A DNA stretch of 64,000 bases from Verrucomicrobiota bacterium. GTDB taxonomy: Bacteria; Verrucomicrobiota; Verrucomicrobiia; Limisphaerales; SIBE01. The DNA lies in assembly GCA_016209525.1 (NCBI GenBank), contig JACQWK010000178.1, forward strand, positions 2,176 through 66,175. The letters run 5' to 3'. Positions 19,689-29,693 of the stretch are shown piece by piece. Position numbers and translations under genes: made by a program. Position 1 is the first letter of the stretch. Each line of letters begins with the position of its first letter. Under the pieces are notes generated by a model that was not told where the DNA came from, did no database searches, and saw only the letters and a list, made by a program, of their open reading frames with translations.

Positions 19689-20321
19689 TCATCGGGAATG
19701 GACCACTTGCTCACCGCGCAAACCGGACATCCGCTCGACCCAACTCCTGAATCGTTCGGCGCTTGGATTGTTTGGCAAACACGAGATGTCCCGGCTCACG
19801 GGCAGCTCCACTTCGTACACACCGGCGGCGAACCACGTCTTGGCACCGAGTCTTGCCAACCAGGTCGTCACTACCCGGTTTTCCGGAAGGACAATCCCAT
19901 GCAAGCAGCAGACTCCACCTTCCCATGCTAGGAGGTAAAGGATCGCCAGAATTGCCGTTCCCAGCCCTTTGCTTTGCGCCGCGTCAATTACGGTCAACGC
20001 GAACTCAGCCACGGTCGGCTGATCGTTCCGCCGCACGAACCGGCCGATGCCCTGCCCCGGTTGCTCGGGCAAGATCGGATTCACGGCGATCCAGGCCACA
20101 TGGTTGTGCTGGTCCACCTCGGTGAAGTAACGGAGTTGTTCCTCGGCCAAGCGCGGCAATGGCGTGAAGAAGCGAAAGTAGCGGGAATCGGCGGAGAGTT
20201 GGGTCATCCCAGCCACGAGGCGTTTCCGATCTTCCGGCATTACCGGGCGAAACAGAACCGGCGTTCCGTCTGCCAGTTCCGCAAGGAGGCAATCCCGTGC
20301 TTCGAACGACTCAGTCTTCAT
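19689..20321 (-). CDS. GNAT family N-acetyltransferase
   Basis: Acetyl-CoA motif A 'QSKGLGTAIL'; GNAT-like size and layout. Confidence 0.7.
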   Translation of the reverse strand: MKTESFEARDCLLAELADGTPVLFRPVMPEDRKRLVAGMTQLSADSRYFRFFTPLPRLAEEQLRYFTEVDQHNHVAWIAVNPILPEQPGQGIGRFVRRNDQPTVAEFALTVIDAAQSKGLGTAILAILYLLAWEGGVCCLHGIVLPENRVVTTWLARLGAKTWFAAGVYEVELPVSRDISCLPNNPSAERFRSWVERMSGLRGEQVVHSR

Positions 20322-20534
20322 CGGTCAACGTTCCGATAATCAGTCTGTGCCTCGTGCAGTCTAACGCGTCTCCACTGACTTTTCTAGCAGCCTCTGTTGA
20401 GCAAAACGTCTGCGGCTTTCGCAACCGTGCCCCGCAACTAGTACTGTGAAACGGCCGTTGTCCGCGTGTGGACGGCAAGATCGGCGCGGCAAATGCCAAA
20501 ATGGGAGAAGCGGCGCTTAGCGATTTAGCTAATT

Positions 20535-20867
20535 GTGCAATCAATGAATATGACAGTTGCGGAGCAGTCCCGATACAGGGCGCAGGCCAGAATCCTCAAA
20601 GCCCTGGCTCATCCGGCGCGGCTGTTCATGGTCGAAGAATTGTCGCGAGGTGAGCGCTGCGTTTGCGAACTGACCGCGATGGTCGGTTCCGAAATGCCGA
20701 CGGTCTCCAGGCATCTATCCCTGCTCAAACAGGCCGGCATACTTGAGGACGAGAAACGAGGCGCGCAGGTTTTCTATCGGCTAAAAACCCCGTGCGTTAT
20801 GAACTTCTTCAAATGCGTGGCATCCGTGCGCGAACAGGAACGGCAAGCGTTGCTCGTGCCGGATTAG
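20535..20867 (+). CDS. ArsR/SmtB family metalloregulator
   Basis: 'CVCEL' metal site followed by the recognition helix 'VSRHLSLLKQAGIL'. Confidence 0.9.
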   Translation: MQSMNMTVAEQSRYRAQARILKALAHPARLFMVEELSRGERCVCELTAMVGSEMPTVSRHLSLLKQAGILEDEKRGAQVFYRLKTPCVMNFFKCVASVREQERQALLVPD

Positions 20868-20930
20868 CCGGTTCTTGATTTGTCATTGGTTCTATCAATC
20901 GCTGCAAAAGTTCATGCGCCCTTCTCTCGT

Positions 20931-21071
20931 GCCCTCTCCCCGCGCTGCTGCACGCGAAGCCGGTGAATCGCGCGGGGAGAGGGATTACAGAGGAGACCGT
21001 GGGAGGGACTACACGCGGAAGGTTTGTAGTCCCGACTTTAGCCGGCCCGAACCGGCTAAAGCCGGGACTAC
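20931..21071. repeat. REP-like hairpin plus a long near-perfect hairpin
   Basis: 20931-20985 matches 1703-1771. 21026-21071 'gtagtcccgactttagccgg ccc gaa ccggctaaagccgggactac' forms a stem of about 20 bp. Confidence 0.8.
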
Positions 21072-21162
21072 AAACGCCGACCTCTCGTTCATCCAACGGT
21101 CTCGTCAATAAGGGTGAGGGGCGCTCATTCAAAGCCGTGACAAGCCGTGTGCAAAGTTTCCT

Positions 21163-22506
21163 ATGAACGCCTGCGCAGTCGCCACCACGAGCGGAAATGT
21201 GGCCAAGGAACTCAGGGTTTTTGCCTGGATGGCTGGCGTCTTCGTGCTTGCCTACTTCCTTCCGCTGTCAAACCCGAAGGTCACCGTTGCGATTCAGGAG
21301 GCGTTCAAGCTGCTCCAATGGTACGTGCGCAATCACACGCTGGCTTGCGTCGTTCCCGCGCTGTTCATTGCCGGCGCGGTGATCACGTTTCTCTCCCAGG
21401 CGTCGGTCCTGCGATACTTGGGGCCGAAATCGAACAAGCTTACGGCCTACAGCGTGGCCTCGGTGTCCGGCGGAATCCTCGCCGTCTGCTCGTGCAGCGT
21501 GTTGCCGGTGTTCGCGGGCATTTATCGCCTCGGGGCGGGACTGGGACCAGCGAGCGCCTTCCTGTATTCCGGCCCGGCCATCAATATCCTCGCCATCTTT
21601 CTCACGGCACGCGTGCTCGGCTTCAACATCGGAATTTGGCGGGCCGTCGGCGCGATTGCTTTTGCGTTTCTGATCGGGCTCTTGATGGCGTCCCTGTTTC
21701 GTCGGGAAGAACGCGAGCGCGTCGAGGCGGAAGCGTTACTGCCCGAAACCGAAGCGCCGAAGCGCCCGCTCTGGAAAACGTCCCTGTTCTTCGCCTGCCT
21801 GGTCGCGTTCCTGGTGTTCAGCGACTGGTACAATCCAGGCGACGTGAAAGTGCGCCCGGCGGTCGGCGGAGAGTTCGCTGCCGTAACCCTTCAAGAGACG
21901 CGCGATGAAGTGAGGTTCCAACTCAAGCAAGATTGGGCCGGGCACCGCCGCGGCGACCAAGTCACGCTCGCCAAGCGCGACCTCGCCGGCGTGGATGAAG
22001 CCAAGACGTGGGTGATCGCCGTCCATCACGCCAGATGGTGGCTAGCCGGCGCCATGGGACTGGTGGTGCTGTTCATGACCTGGCGCTGGATGGACCGCGC
22101 GGAGGTCGGCGAGTGGATGCACAACACGTGGGATTTCGCGAAGCTCCTCGTGCCGCTGCTTTTCGGCGGGGTGTTCGTGGTCGGCTTCATCAGCGCGCTC
22201 ATCCCCGACGCCTATGTCGCTTCAATGGTGGGCGACAATTCGCTCAAGGCGAACCTCATCGCCAGCGTGATCGGCGCATTTTGGTATTTCGCGACCCTCA
22301 CGGAAATCCCGATCTGCGAGGCGTTAGGCAAACTCGGCATGGCGCCGGGCCCGATGCTGGCGCTGTTGCTCGCGGGACCGGCCGTGTCCCTGCCCAACAT
22401 GATCGTGCTCCGGAGCGTGATGGGCGCGAAGAAAATGCTCGTGTTTACGGGCCTCGTCATCCTCCTGGCCACGCTGACCGGACTGCTTTATGGAGCGTTG
22501 CTCTGA
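21163..22506 (+). CDS. Permease of the ArsP/UPF0718 (DUF318) family
   Basis: Multi-TM protein with 'CSCSVLP' and the 'GPAINILAI' region. Sits directly downstream of the ArsR-family gene. Confidence 0.8.
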   Translation: MNACAVATTSGNVAKELRVFAWMAGVFVLAYFLPLSNPKVTVAIQEAFKLLQWYVRNHTLACVVPALFIAGAVITFLSQASVLRYLGPKSNKLTAYSVASVSGGILAVCSCSVLPVFAGIYRLGAGLGPASAFLYSGPAINILAIFLTARVLGFNIGIWRAVGAIAFAFLIGLLMASLFRREERERVEAEALLPETEAPKRPLWKTSLFFACLVAFLVFSDWYNPGDVKVRPAVGGEFAAVTLQETRDEVRFQLKQDWAGHRRGDQVTLAKRDLAGVDEAKTWVIAVHHARWWLAGAMGLVVLFMTWRWMDRAEVGEWMHNTWDFAKLLVPLLFGGVFVVGFISALIPDAYVASMVGDNSLKANLIASVIGAFWYFATLTEIPICEALGKLGMAPGPMLALLLAGPAVSLPNMIVLRSVMGAKKMLVFTGLVILLATLTGLLYGALL

Positions 22507-22582
22507 TCTCGAACCAAAGGAAAACGACATGAAGTCAAAGCCTCCTCACGTCGGCCGCGACATTCAAGGCACGTGTTGAACC

Positions 22583-23845
22583 ATGAAAACATCACTCAGA
22601 ATTCTCATCGTGATGGCGCTGGCCGTGGCGGTCTTTGCCGCCGTCACGCTTAAAAAATCCAAATCTCCGGCGAACTCCGACAAAGCCTCGCCGATTCAAT
22701 CGGCCTCGGTCGAAAAGCTTCCAAGGTTGCTCGACTTGGGCGCAGACAAGTGCGTTCCCTGCAAATTGATGGCCCCCATCCTCGAGGGCTTGAAAAAGGA
22801 ATTTGCCGGCCAATTGACCGTCGAGTTCATCGACGTGTGGCGGAATGCAGGCGCGGCCAAGCAATACGGCGTCGAGGTGATTCCCACGCAGATTTTTTAC
22901 GACGCCGCCGGCAAGGAGCTCTTCCGTCACGCCGGCTTCTTCGGCAAGGAAGACATCCTCGCCCAATGGAAAGAACTGGGTGTCCAACTGGCCAGTCAGC
23001 CCTCCGCCCGAATCGTGCGTGAAAGACCCCTAGCGCCCGACTCACGGCCGCGCGATTCGGTTTGCTTCCTATGTGACGGCGACGTGAATCCCAAGACCAA
23101 AACCGTGGTGAAAGGCCAAAATGAGCAGCGCATTCTCTGCGGACCGCACTGTTACTTCATCTACTACTCCAGTCTAGTGAATCCCGACAGGAAGGCGGAG
23201 GAAGCGAAAGCGAGCGTGACCGACTGGGCCAGCGGAAACCTCATTGCGGCCACGACCGCGACCTATCTCTATGGCATCGACGCCACAGGCCGCGCAACCA
23301 TCCAAGCATTCGCCGACCAGGACGCCGCCCTCAGAGCGCAGCAGAGCAACCCCGGCAACGTCGTGACATTTGACGTGCTGCGGGCAAAGGAGCTCGCCAC
23401 ACGCTGCGGCTTTTGCGACCGCGCCGTGTATCCCGAAGACGCCTGCAACGTCACGGTGGAAGGCGCCACGCGCACTTGCGGCTGCTGCACGCATTGCGCG
23501 CTGGGCGTGGCGGCGCGGCTGAGAAAAGACATCGAGGTTGAAGCCAGAGACGCCTTCAGCGGCGAAATCATCCGCGTGAAGGCGCTTAACGGAAGCGTGG
23601 CCTCTCTCGAACCGCCCACGGCCATCGCGTGGTTCGGCCAGAAGAAAGACGACGATGGCAAATGGGTCTCAGCCGGTTGCTTCAAACAAGGATTCTTCGT
23701 CAGCGAAGCTAATTTGCGGAAATGGTTGAAGGCGCGTCCGGCGATGACGGGCCGTCAAATCACCATCGCGCAGGCGCTGGCGGACAAGATGAAACTCTCG
23801 CCGGAGCAAATCGCCAAGGCGTGCAAGCTTGGGGAGTGCAGGTAG
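22583..23845 (+). CDS. Membrane-anchored thioredoxin-domain protein with Cys-rich C-terminal extension
   Basis: Signal anchor. Thioredoxin active site 'CVPC' in 'LDLGADKCVPCKLMAPIL'. Several CxxC / C-x-C pairs in the C-terminal 270 aa. Confidence 0.75.
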   Translation: MKTSLRILIVMALAVAVFAAVTLKKSKSPANSDKASPIQSASVEKLPRLLDLGADKCVPCKLMAPILEGLKKEFAGQLTVEFIDVWRNAGAAKQYGVEVIPTQIFYDAAGKELFRHAGFFGKEDILAQWKELGVQLASQPSARIVRERPLAPDSRPRDSVCFLCDGDVNPKTKTVVKGQNEQRILCGPHCYFIYYSSLVNPDRKAEEAKASVTDWASGNLIAATTATYLYGIDATGRATIQAFADQDAALRAQQSNPGNVVTFDVLRAKELATRCGFCDRAVYPEDACNVTVEGATRTCGCCTHCALGVAARLRKDIEVEARDAFSGEIIRVKALNGSVASLEPPTAIAWFGQKKDDDGKWVSAGCFKQGFFVSEANLRKWLKARPAMTGRQITIAQALADKMKLSPEQIAKACKLGECR

Positions 23846-23918
23846 GCAGTGGTCAGTGGTCAGTGGCCAGTGGCCAGTGGCCAGTTGCCGGTTGTCGGTT
23901 GCAGGTGGTCAGCGGCCA
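23845..23918. repeat. Tandem heptanucleotide repeat (about 10 units of GGYCAGT and variants)
   Basis: 'ggcagt ggtcagt ggtcagt ggccagt ggccagt ggccagt tgccggt tgtcggt tgcaggt ggtcagc'. Lies between a stop codon and the next gene start. Confidence 0.85.
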
Positions 23919-23997
23919 GAAACGAGAAGGGATTTCGCCCGGTCGCGGAGCCGGGCGGCAGTGGACGACACATCAAAGGGAAAAGAAAACACAACAC

Positions 23998-24963
23998 ATG
24001 AACGAAACAACACAGCAGATGAACCACGACGTAACTCGGAGACAGTTCCTCGCGGCAACAGGCCTCGCGGCCCTGGCGCCTGCCCTCGCGCCCGGCATAA
24101 CAGGCACTGCCCTCGGCCAAACGGCCAGTCCCGGTGCGACTGGAAGCCCCCAGGAAACGGCGCAGACTCCGTGGCCGTACCGAGAACTGGATCCCGGCCT
24201 GGTCGCGAAAAGGGCCTATGCAGCGTATTACACGGGGAAAGGCTGTATGTTCGGCGCGTTCGAAGGTCTGATCGGCGAACTGCGCGAAAAGGTCGGCTCC
24301 CCTTACACCCAGTTTCCGGTGAACATGATGGAATACGGGAAAGGCGGAGTGAATGGAATTTGGGGCACGCTGTGCGGAACATTGAACGCGTCCGCCGCAG
24401 CGATCAACCTCGTTTCCGGTACGCCCGCCCCGCTGATCAATGAAATGTTTTTCTGGTACAGCCAGGAAATGCTCCCGGGTTACAAGCCGGAAACCCCGAA
24501 GTATGCGATTGCGGAATCCGTGGCGGGATCGCCGATCTGTCACGTCTCTGTGCAACGGTGGTGTGAGGTCTCTGGCTTCAAGCCCACCTCTCCGGAACGG
24601 GCGGAACGATGTGCCTGTCTCACCGCGGAGGTGGCGAAACACACGGCGGAACTGTTGAACAAGCAAGCCGGAGGTAGCTTCGCCGCGAGTCATCAATTGC
24701 CGGACGAAGTCCAGAGTTGCATGGCCTGCCACGGCAAAGGCGCGCGTGAGAATGTCCACCACGGCGGGAACATGAGTTGCACTCAGTGCCACTCCGACAT
24801 CGTTGTGGAGCATCCCAGCAAGCGGCTCCTCATTCGCTGGACGGGAAAGGGCACGTTGGAGAAGGCGGACGCCGTGAATGGCCCTTGGAGCCCAGCGGCC
24901 AGTCAAAGCAATCCACAGTCAGTGTCCCCGAACGACCCGGCCAAGTTCTACCGGCTGAAGTAG
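23998..24963 (+). CDS. Tat-exported C_GCAxxG_C_C-family redox protein fused to a dihaem c-type module
   Basis: Twin-arginine 'TRRQFLAATGLAALAPA'. 'GKGCMFGAFEG' and 'WGTLCGTLNA'. Two CxxCH sites, 'CMACHG' and 'CTQCHS'. The upstream part of the track ORF is translated heptamer repeat. Confidence 0.7.
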   Translation: MNETTQQMNHDVTRRQFLAATGLAALAPALAPGITGTALGQTASPGATGSPQETAQTPWPYRELDPGLVAKRAYAAYYTGKGCMFGAFEGLIGELREKVGSPYTQFPVNMMEYGKGGVNGIWGTLCGTLNASAAAINLVSGTPAPLINEMFFWYSQEMLPGYKPETPKYAIAESVAGSPICHVSVQRWCEVSGFKPTSPERAERCACLTAEVAKHTAELLNKQAGGSFAASHQLPDEVQSCMACHGKGARENVHHGGNMSCTQCHSDIVVEHPSKRLLIRWTGKGTLEKADAVNGPWSPAASQSNPQSVSPNDPAKFYRLK

Positions 24964-25014
24964 GTCTTACAGAGCCTCCAAGCCCAAAGTGCCTGCATTG
25001 GGACAATGAAACGA

Positions 25015-25087
25015 GGGGCCTCCTCTCCCGCCCTTCGGGCACCCTCTCCTCCGCTCGGAGCGGAGGAGAGGGGCGGGGAGAGGAGGC
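25015..25087. repeat. REP-like nested hairpin
   Basis: 'cctcctctcccgcc...ctctcctccgctcggagcggaggagag...gggcggggagaggagg'. Confidence 0.75.
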
Positions 25088-25332
25088 GCGGTTCATGGAG
25101 CGGCCAAGTCCGCAGGGCAGGGATTGAGATCAGGAAGCAAGCCGGAGCGCCGGCCTCCGGCCCGGCGCTCCGGGATCCGTTACAGCGGATGTGCCGGGCC
25201 GGAGGCCCGCGCTCCGGTTCATGGAGATCTAAGAATCGTGCATTGAAACCATGAATCAACCGTTGGCAGGCCGCACGTGCAGGTTTGTCCTGCGAACGAT
25301 TGGTTGATGGAAAGAGTCGTTGTTTGGTCGGC

Positions 25333-26031
25333 ATGGAAAAGCTTTTCACCCATCTGAGTCAGGCCGTCGAAGGCGCGCCGCTCATCGCCTTGGCCGCAGC
25401 TTTCGTTTGGGGCATCCTCAGCATCGTTCTCAGCCCGTGCCACCTCGCGAGCATCCCGCTCATTGTGGGCTTCATCAGCGAGCAAGGCCAGGTGACGGCG
25501 CGGCGGGCGTTCTGGACTTCATCGCTCTTCGCGGTGGGCATCCTCCTCACCATCGCGGCTGTTGGCGTGATCACAGCCGCGGCGGGACGCATGATGGGAG
25601 ACGTGGGCCGGTGGGGTAACTATTTTGTAGCCGCCATCTTTTTCCTCGTGGGTCTGTATCTGGTGGGAGTGATTCCGACGCCAGGGTCGGGGCCCGGGCC
25701 GCCGCGCGTGAAGCGCAAGGGATACCTGGCGGCGTTTTTCCTCGGACTCATCTTCGGTGTTGCGCTTGGGCCCTGCACCTTTGCCTACATGGCGCCGATG
25801 CTGGCGGTGACCTTCAACCTGTCGAACACCCATCCGATTCATGGCGCGTCGCTTCTGCTGGCCTACGGGGCCGGACACTGCTCCGTCATTGTGCTGGCCG
25901 GGACGTTCACGGAACTTGTCCAACGGTTCCTCAACTGGAACGAGCACTCCAAAGGCGTGACGCTGGTGAAATTCGCCTGCGGCGTGCTCGTGATGCTTGG
26001 CGGGATGTGGCTCATCTCTACAGCGCCCTGA
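25333..26031 (+). CDS. CcdA/DsbD-family thiol-disulfide electron transporter
   Basis: Six-TM protein with Cys-Pro motifs 'LSPCHLASIP' and 'LGPCTFAYMAP'. Confidence 0.85.
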   Translation: MEKLFTHLSQAVEGAPLIALAAAFVWGILSIVLSPCHLASIPLIVGFISEQGQVTARRAFWTSSLFAVGILLTIAAVGVITAAAGRMMGDVGRWGNYFVAAIFFLVGLYLVGVIPTPGSGPGPPRVKRKGYLAAFFLGLIFGVALGPCTFAYMAPMLAVTFNLSNTHPIHGASLLLAYGAGHCSVIVLAGTFTELVQRFLNWNEHSKGVTLVKFACGVLVMLGGMWLISTAP

Positions 26032-26224
26032 TGCATTCGCTGCCATGAACCGGGCTGGATGTATGATGTATGATTTATGATTTACGATTCATGATTTTGC
26101 TATTGGCCATCGGCGATTGGCGGTTGGCCCTTAGAGCCGGTATTGAACGCCCTCTCTGGCCGTAGGGGCCCAGGTCACGAGGCTCTGATTAAACGACAAT
26201 TCCGAAACAAGGAAAGGACATCCT

Positions 26225-26905
26225 ATGCAACAAAACCTCACTCGTCGCAACTTCCTGGCTGCCACAGGCGCTGCCGCTCTGGCGGCAACCGCAACCACCG
26301 GCTCAACCGCCGAACCTGGTGGCGCCAAGACCCTGAAAATCCTCGGCGTCTCATGCAGCCCGCGCCAAGGCATGACGACCGCGAAAGCGGTCCAGGCCGC
26401 GCTCGACGCCGCCAAAAGTGTCGATGGGCGGATTCGAGTCGAATTGATTGACCTTGGCGGACTCAGCATCGCCGGTTGGTCACCCAAGCCGCCAAAAGAC
26501 GACTTCGATGCGATCCTGCCGCGACTGCAAGACTCCGCCGTGGCTGGACTCATCATCGGCTCGCCGTCCTATTTCCGCAGCCTGAGCGCGCTGTGCAAGG
26601 CGTTCATCGAACGCTGCGCGCCGTTGCGTGAGCCGAAGATGCTCCTCGACGGCAAACCGGTTGGCGTCGTCGCCACGGGCGCCTTCCGCAACGGCGGCCA
26701 GGAACTCGTCATCGAGCAAGTTCAGGCGGCGATGCTCTGTTTCGGCATGATTCCGGTCGGCGGTCGTCCGCCCGCTTTCCAGGGCGGCACCGTGCTTTCA
26801 CGCAAAGACGACCTCAGCGGCGACGACCTCGGTCTGAGCACTGCCCGGAACACCGGCCTGCGGGTGGCGGACCTAGCGTTGCGTCTCGCGCGCAAGGAGG
26901 CGTGA
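26225..26905 (+). CDS. Tat-signal-bearing FMN reductase / flavodoxin-like oxidoreductase
   Basis: 'TRRNFLAATGAAALAATA' followed by the FMN_red-type 'ILGVSCSPRQGMTT'. Confidence 0.7.
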   Translation: MQQNLTRRNFLAATGAAALAATATTGSTAEPGGAKTLKILGVSCSPRQGMTTAKAVQAALDAAKSVDGRIRVELIDLGGLSIAGWSPKPPKDDFDAILPRLQDSAVAGLIIGSPSYFRSLSALCKAFIERCAPLREPKMLLDGKPVGVVATGAFRNGGQELVIEQVQAAMLCFGMIPVGGRPPAFQGGTVLSRKDDLSGDDLGLSTARNTGLRVADLALRLARKEA

Positions 26906-27162
26906 CGCGGACATTTTCCACAGAGGAAGACATGACGCGGACAACCGTTTTCACGGAACAAGCAGAGTAACCGACCACTTCCGGTTCAAAACATCTTCCA
27001 CCCACGTCAACGCGGCCACCATACTGGGGAAGCCGAGCGCTTCGTAGGCGCGCATCAGGGCGGGGTATTCCCCCCCGAATTTCTGGAAGCGGATCGGAGG
27101 CTGGCTGGTCGCGCGTCGTTTCGCGCTGGCTTTGGTCTTGGTTTGCATGCCGGGGAGGTTGC

Positions 27163-29383
27163 TCAAAAGCCGTATTGCATACCAGCCGAAACCACGTGCG
27201 CGTCAAAGTTGTTGTGGCCCCCGGAGGTTTCGTCCTCGGAGCGGAAGTAAGCGTAGCGCACTGAGCAGCGCAAGTTGCGGTTGATGCGGTGAACGAGGCC
27301 CGCCGCGACGGTGTGCTCGCGAGCGCCCGCGCCGTAGGGGACGCTGACCTGATAATTGCCCGCGTCGTAGTTGTCAGACCGATAGTAGCTGTAATCGGCC
27401 AGGACATCGGTTTTCTTTCCCAGGGCGTAGCCTGCGCCCACCGTAGCAAACCAATAATCGTTCTCGGCCTCTTGCACCAGTCCGGGAGTGAAGCTTGAGC
27501 CATTAACCGGCGTCTCGGTTTCATCGAGCACGTAGTTGATGCTGCCTTGCAGGTAGAGCCGGTCCAGCGGACTCCACGTGAGGCTCTGGCTGATGATGTG
27601 CGTGTTCAGTTCGGCACTCTCGACGGTGGCCAACAAGTCAGCCCGCGTCTCCACAGTGGAAATCTGGTAGTCGTAGCGGGTGACGGAAGTCAGGTTGGGC
27701 AAGGGCCGCCAGGTCAGGCGGATGTTCGCGTCATGCGTGAAGGAATCGTTAGCGCGCAAATAGGCCGGGTAGCGGTTAAAGCTGGAGGCGTCGTTCAGGG
27801 TGGAATCGAGCCCATGATCATAATGCCGGCTGCGCGCCTGGTAGTAGTACTGCGCGGCGAGGCTGACTTTGCGCGTCGGATACCAGTTTGCGCCGGCGGA
27901 GTATTTCTGGAGCAGGCCCTGGTAATCGGTGTCGCGGCGGAAATCCGTTTCGGCGGGCGAAGACAGGACGTTGGCGTCGATCGGACGCGATTGCTCACGG
28001 AGAACGCCGTCATCCACCTGCCATTCGCCGCGGGTGTAGAACAGCCAGTTGGTAATGCCGGTGTAACGCACTTCCAGCCGGGGCGCGACGGTGGTTTGCT
28101 GGCGGCTGGTGTCGGTGCTCACGTAACCGGTGGCATCCGGGTCGGGAATGATGATGCCGCCGAGGTTGCTTCCGGAAACGACTCCCGGATTGAACGGTTG
28201 GAACAGCGACGCGCCGTCCAGGTCCTGGTACTCGATCTTGACCGCCGGGACAATGGCTAGATTCGGAAGCGGCCAGGTCATGAAGCTGAGGTTGACGACG
28301 TGCTGGTTGAGCAGCGAGCCGCCGGAAAGGTTGATGTAACCTGGGCCGCGCAACACGGCCGGATCATACACCGGATCAAACTGGTCGCCGTAAATGCGGC
28401 TGCCGGTCAGGTCGGTGTCCAGTCGGGTGTAACCGTAGCCGGCCGAGAGCACGGTTTTCTTGCTGAACCAGGTGCTGCTCCAGGCGTGGGGCGTTGAACA
28501 AGTCCGATCCCACGCCTTCTCTCTGAGTGACACGCGAGTTGGGCGTGCCTGACGCGTCCCGGAGGTTCAGCGAATTGTTCCGGTCGCTCCACTGGTAAGT
28601 GAGTTTCAGTCCAAGATCGGTCTTGCCGATCTTGTGAATGAGCTCGCCTTCGATGGTGTCGCGTTTTTCGTCCAGGTCATAGAACGAAGCGGCGATACCC
28701 CGCGGGCCGTACGCGGTGTTCACTCTGCCCCAGATGGTGGAGTCTTTCAGACCATCACGGAAGTCGTGGGAGTATTTGACCCGCAACTCGGGCCAGCCGG
28801 GAAGCGTCAGTCCGCCTTCCACCCAGGCTTGGCCGCGATCCACAAAAAGTTTGCTGTCGGCCAAAGGCAACCAGAGGTCCGCGCCCGGCAGAAAGCCCCC
28901 GCTGCCGTTGTAGAAGGTGCGCGATTCAGTGTAGCCGGCACGCAGAAAACCGCGATCCTCCCGCGTCAAGTCGAACTTGAGGCCGTAATCGTGGTAATCC
29001 AAAAGGCCGTGCCCATCGAGCTTCAGCAGCCACTTGTTCGTCAAGGAATGTTCGAAATGCAAATCCTCCACGCCGCCGAAGACAGAGTTGGCTGGAAGGC
29101 CGACGCGCTGTTGAAACGCGGCCTTGTTGCCGTCCACGCTCGCGCCGCCCGACGTCAGGCCCACCCAGTTGGAAAAGTCGGAGTCACCCTCCTGCAGCGT
29201 GACAGGCGCGGATTCTTCGGCCGGCTTCTTCTCTTCGCCGGCTTTGGGTTCCGCTGCCACGACCGGGTTGGCCATCGCTCCCGCCAACGCGAGAAGCAAT
29301 CCCCAGGGCCAGCGGGTCGGCGGCGGCGGTCGTTCGCTGACGGTAGCGCAGACTTCCAGTCTATCAGTATCGCTGGAAATCAT
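27163..29383 (-). pseudogene. Outer-membrane beta-barrel protein (~740 aa) split by a frameshift near 28480-28500
   Basis: Track ORFs 28376-29740 and 27163-28533 overlap by 158 nt in adjacent frames, and the alternating-strand pattern continues across the junction. Signal peptide 'WPWGLLLALAGAMANPVVA'. C-terminus 'GMQYGF' (terminal Phe). Confidence 0.7.
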
Positions 29384-29660
29384 CGCAAGCCGCGACGATT
29401 TTTCCGGCGCGCGGCCTTCCAGGCCGCATCGGTCGCACACGGAAGGCGAGGCCCGGAGATTTTCGGGCGCCTGGGTCTTTCGGGACCGCTGCGGCCTGGA
29501 AGGCCGCGCGCCGTTTGGGTTGCGGCTTCGCCGCGTTGCGCCGTATCGCGGATTTCCAATCCGCCGACGCCGCGAACTCCCAACGCTGCCGGTTTCGCTA
29601 ACGCTCTGCCGACTGGATACGGCAGGTTGGAAACCTGCGCTACGTTTGCCACCGCCACAG
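29340..29660. repeat. Hairpin-array repeat (same family as 14142-14520)
   Basis: Units 'gcagacttccagtct', 'gcggcctggaaggccgc', 'gcggatttccaatccgc', 'gcaggttggaaacctgc'. It creates the artificial N-terminal 119 codons of track ORF 28376-29740. Confidence 0.8.
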
Positions 29661-29693
29661 CGGAGATTGAATTGAGGCATCATAGACTGCGGT

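Noticed and set aside
23845-23918. Possible CRISPR array (also considered for the hairpin arrays at 14.1, 29.4, 30.5 and 52.9 kb).
   Set aside because: The units are 7-24 nt with no unique spacers of 25-40 nt, and no cas genes occur in the window.
23722-23997. Upstream extension of the C_GCAxxG gene ('SGQWSVASGQWPVAG...').
   Set aside because: It is a translation of the heptamer tandem repeat. The Tat leader begins at the Met at 23998.
26951-27166. 71-aa ORF overlapping the stop of the outer-membrane barrel gene.
   Set aside because: It needs a TTG start (or an internal ATG at 27148), has no recognisable motif and is Lys/Arg-rich at the N-terminus. I could not support it as a gene. It may be real, but it is left uncalled.
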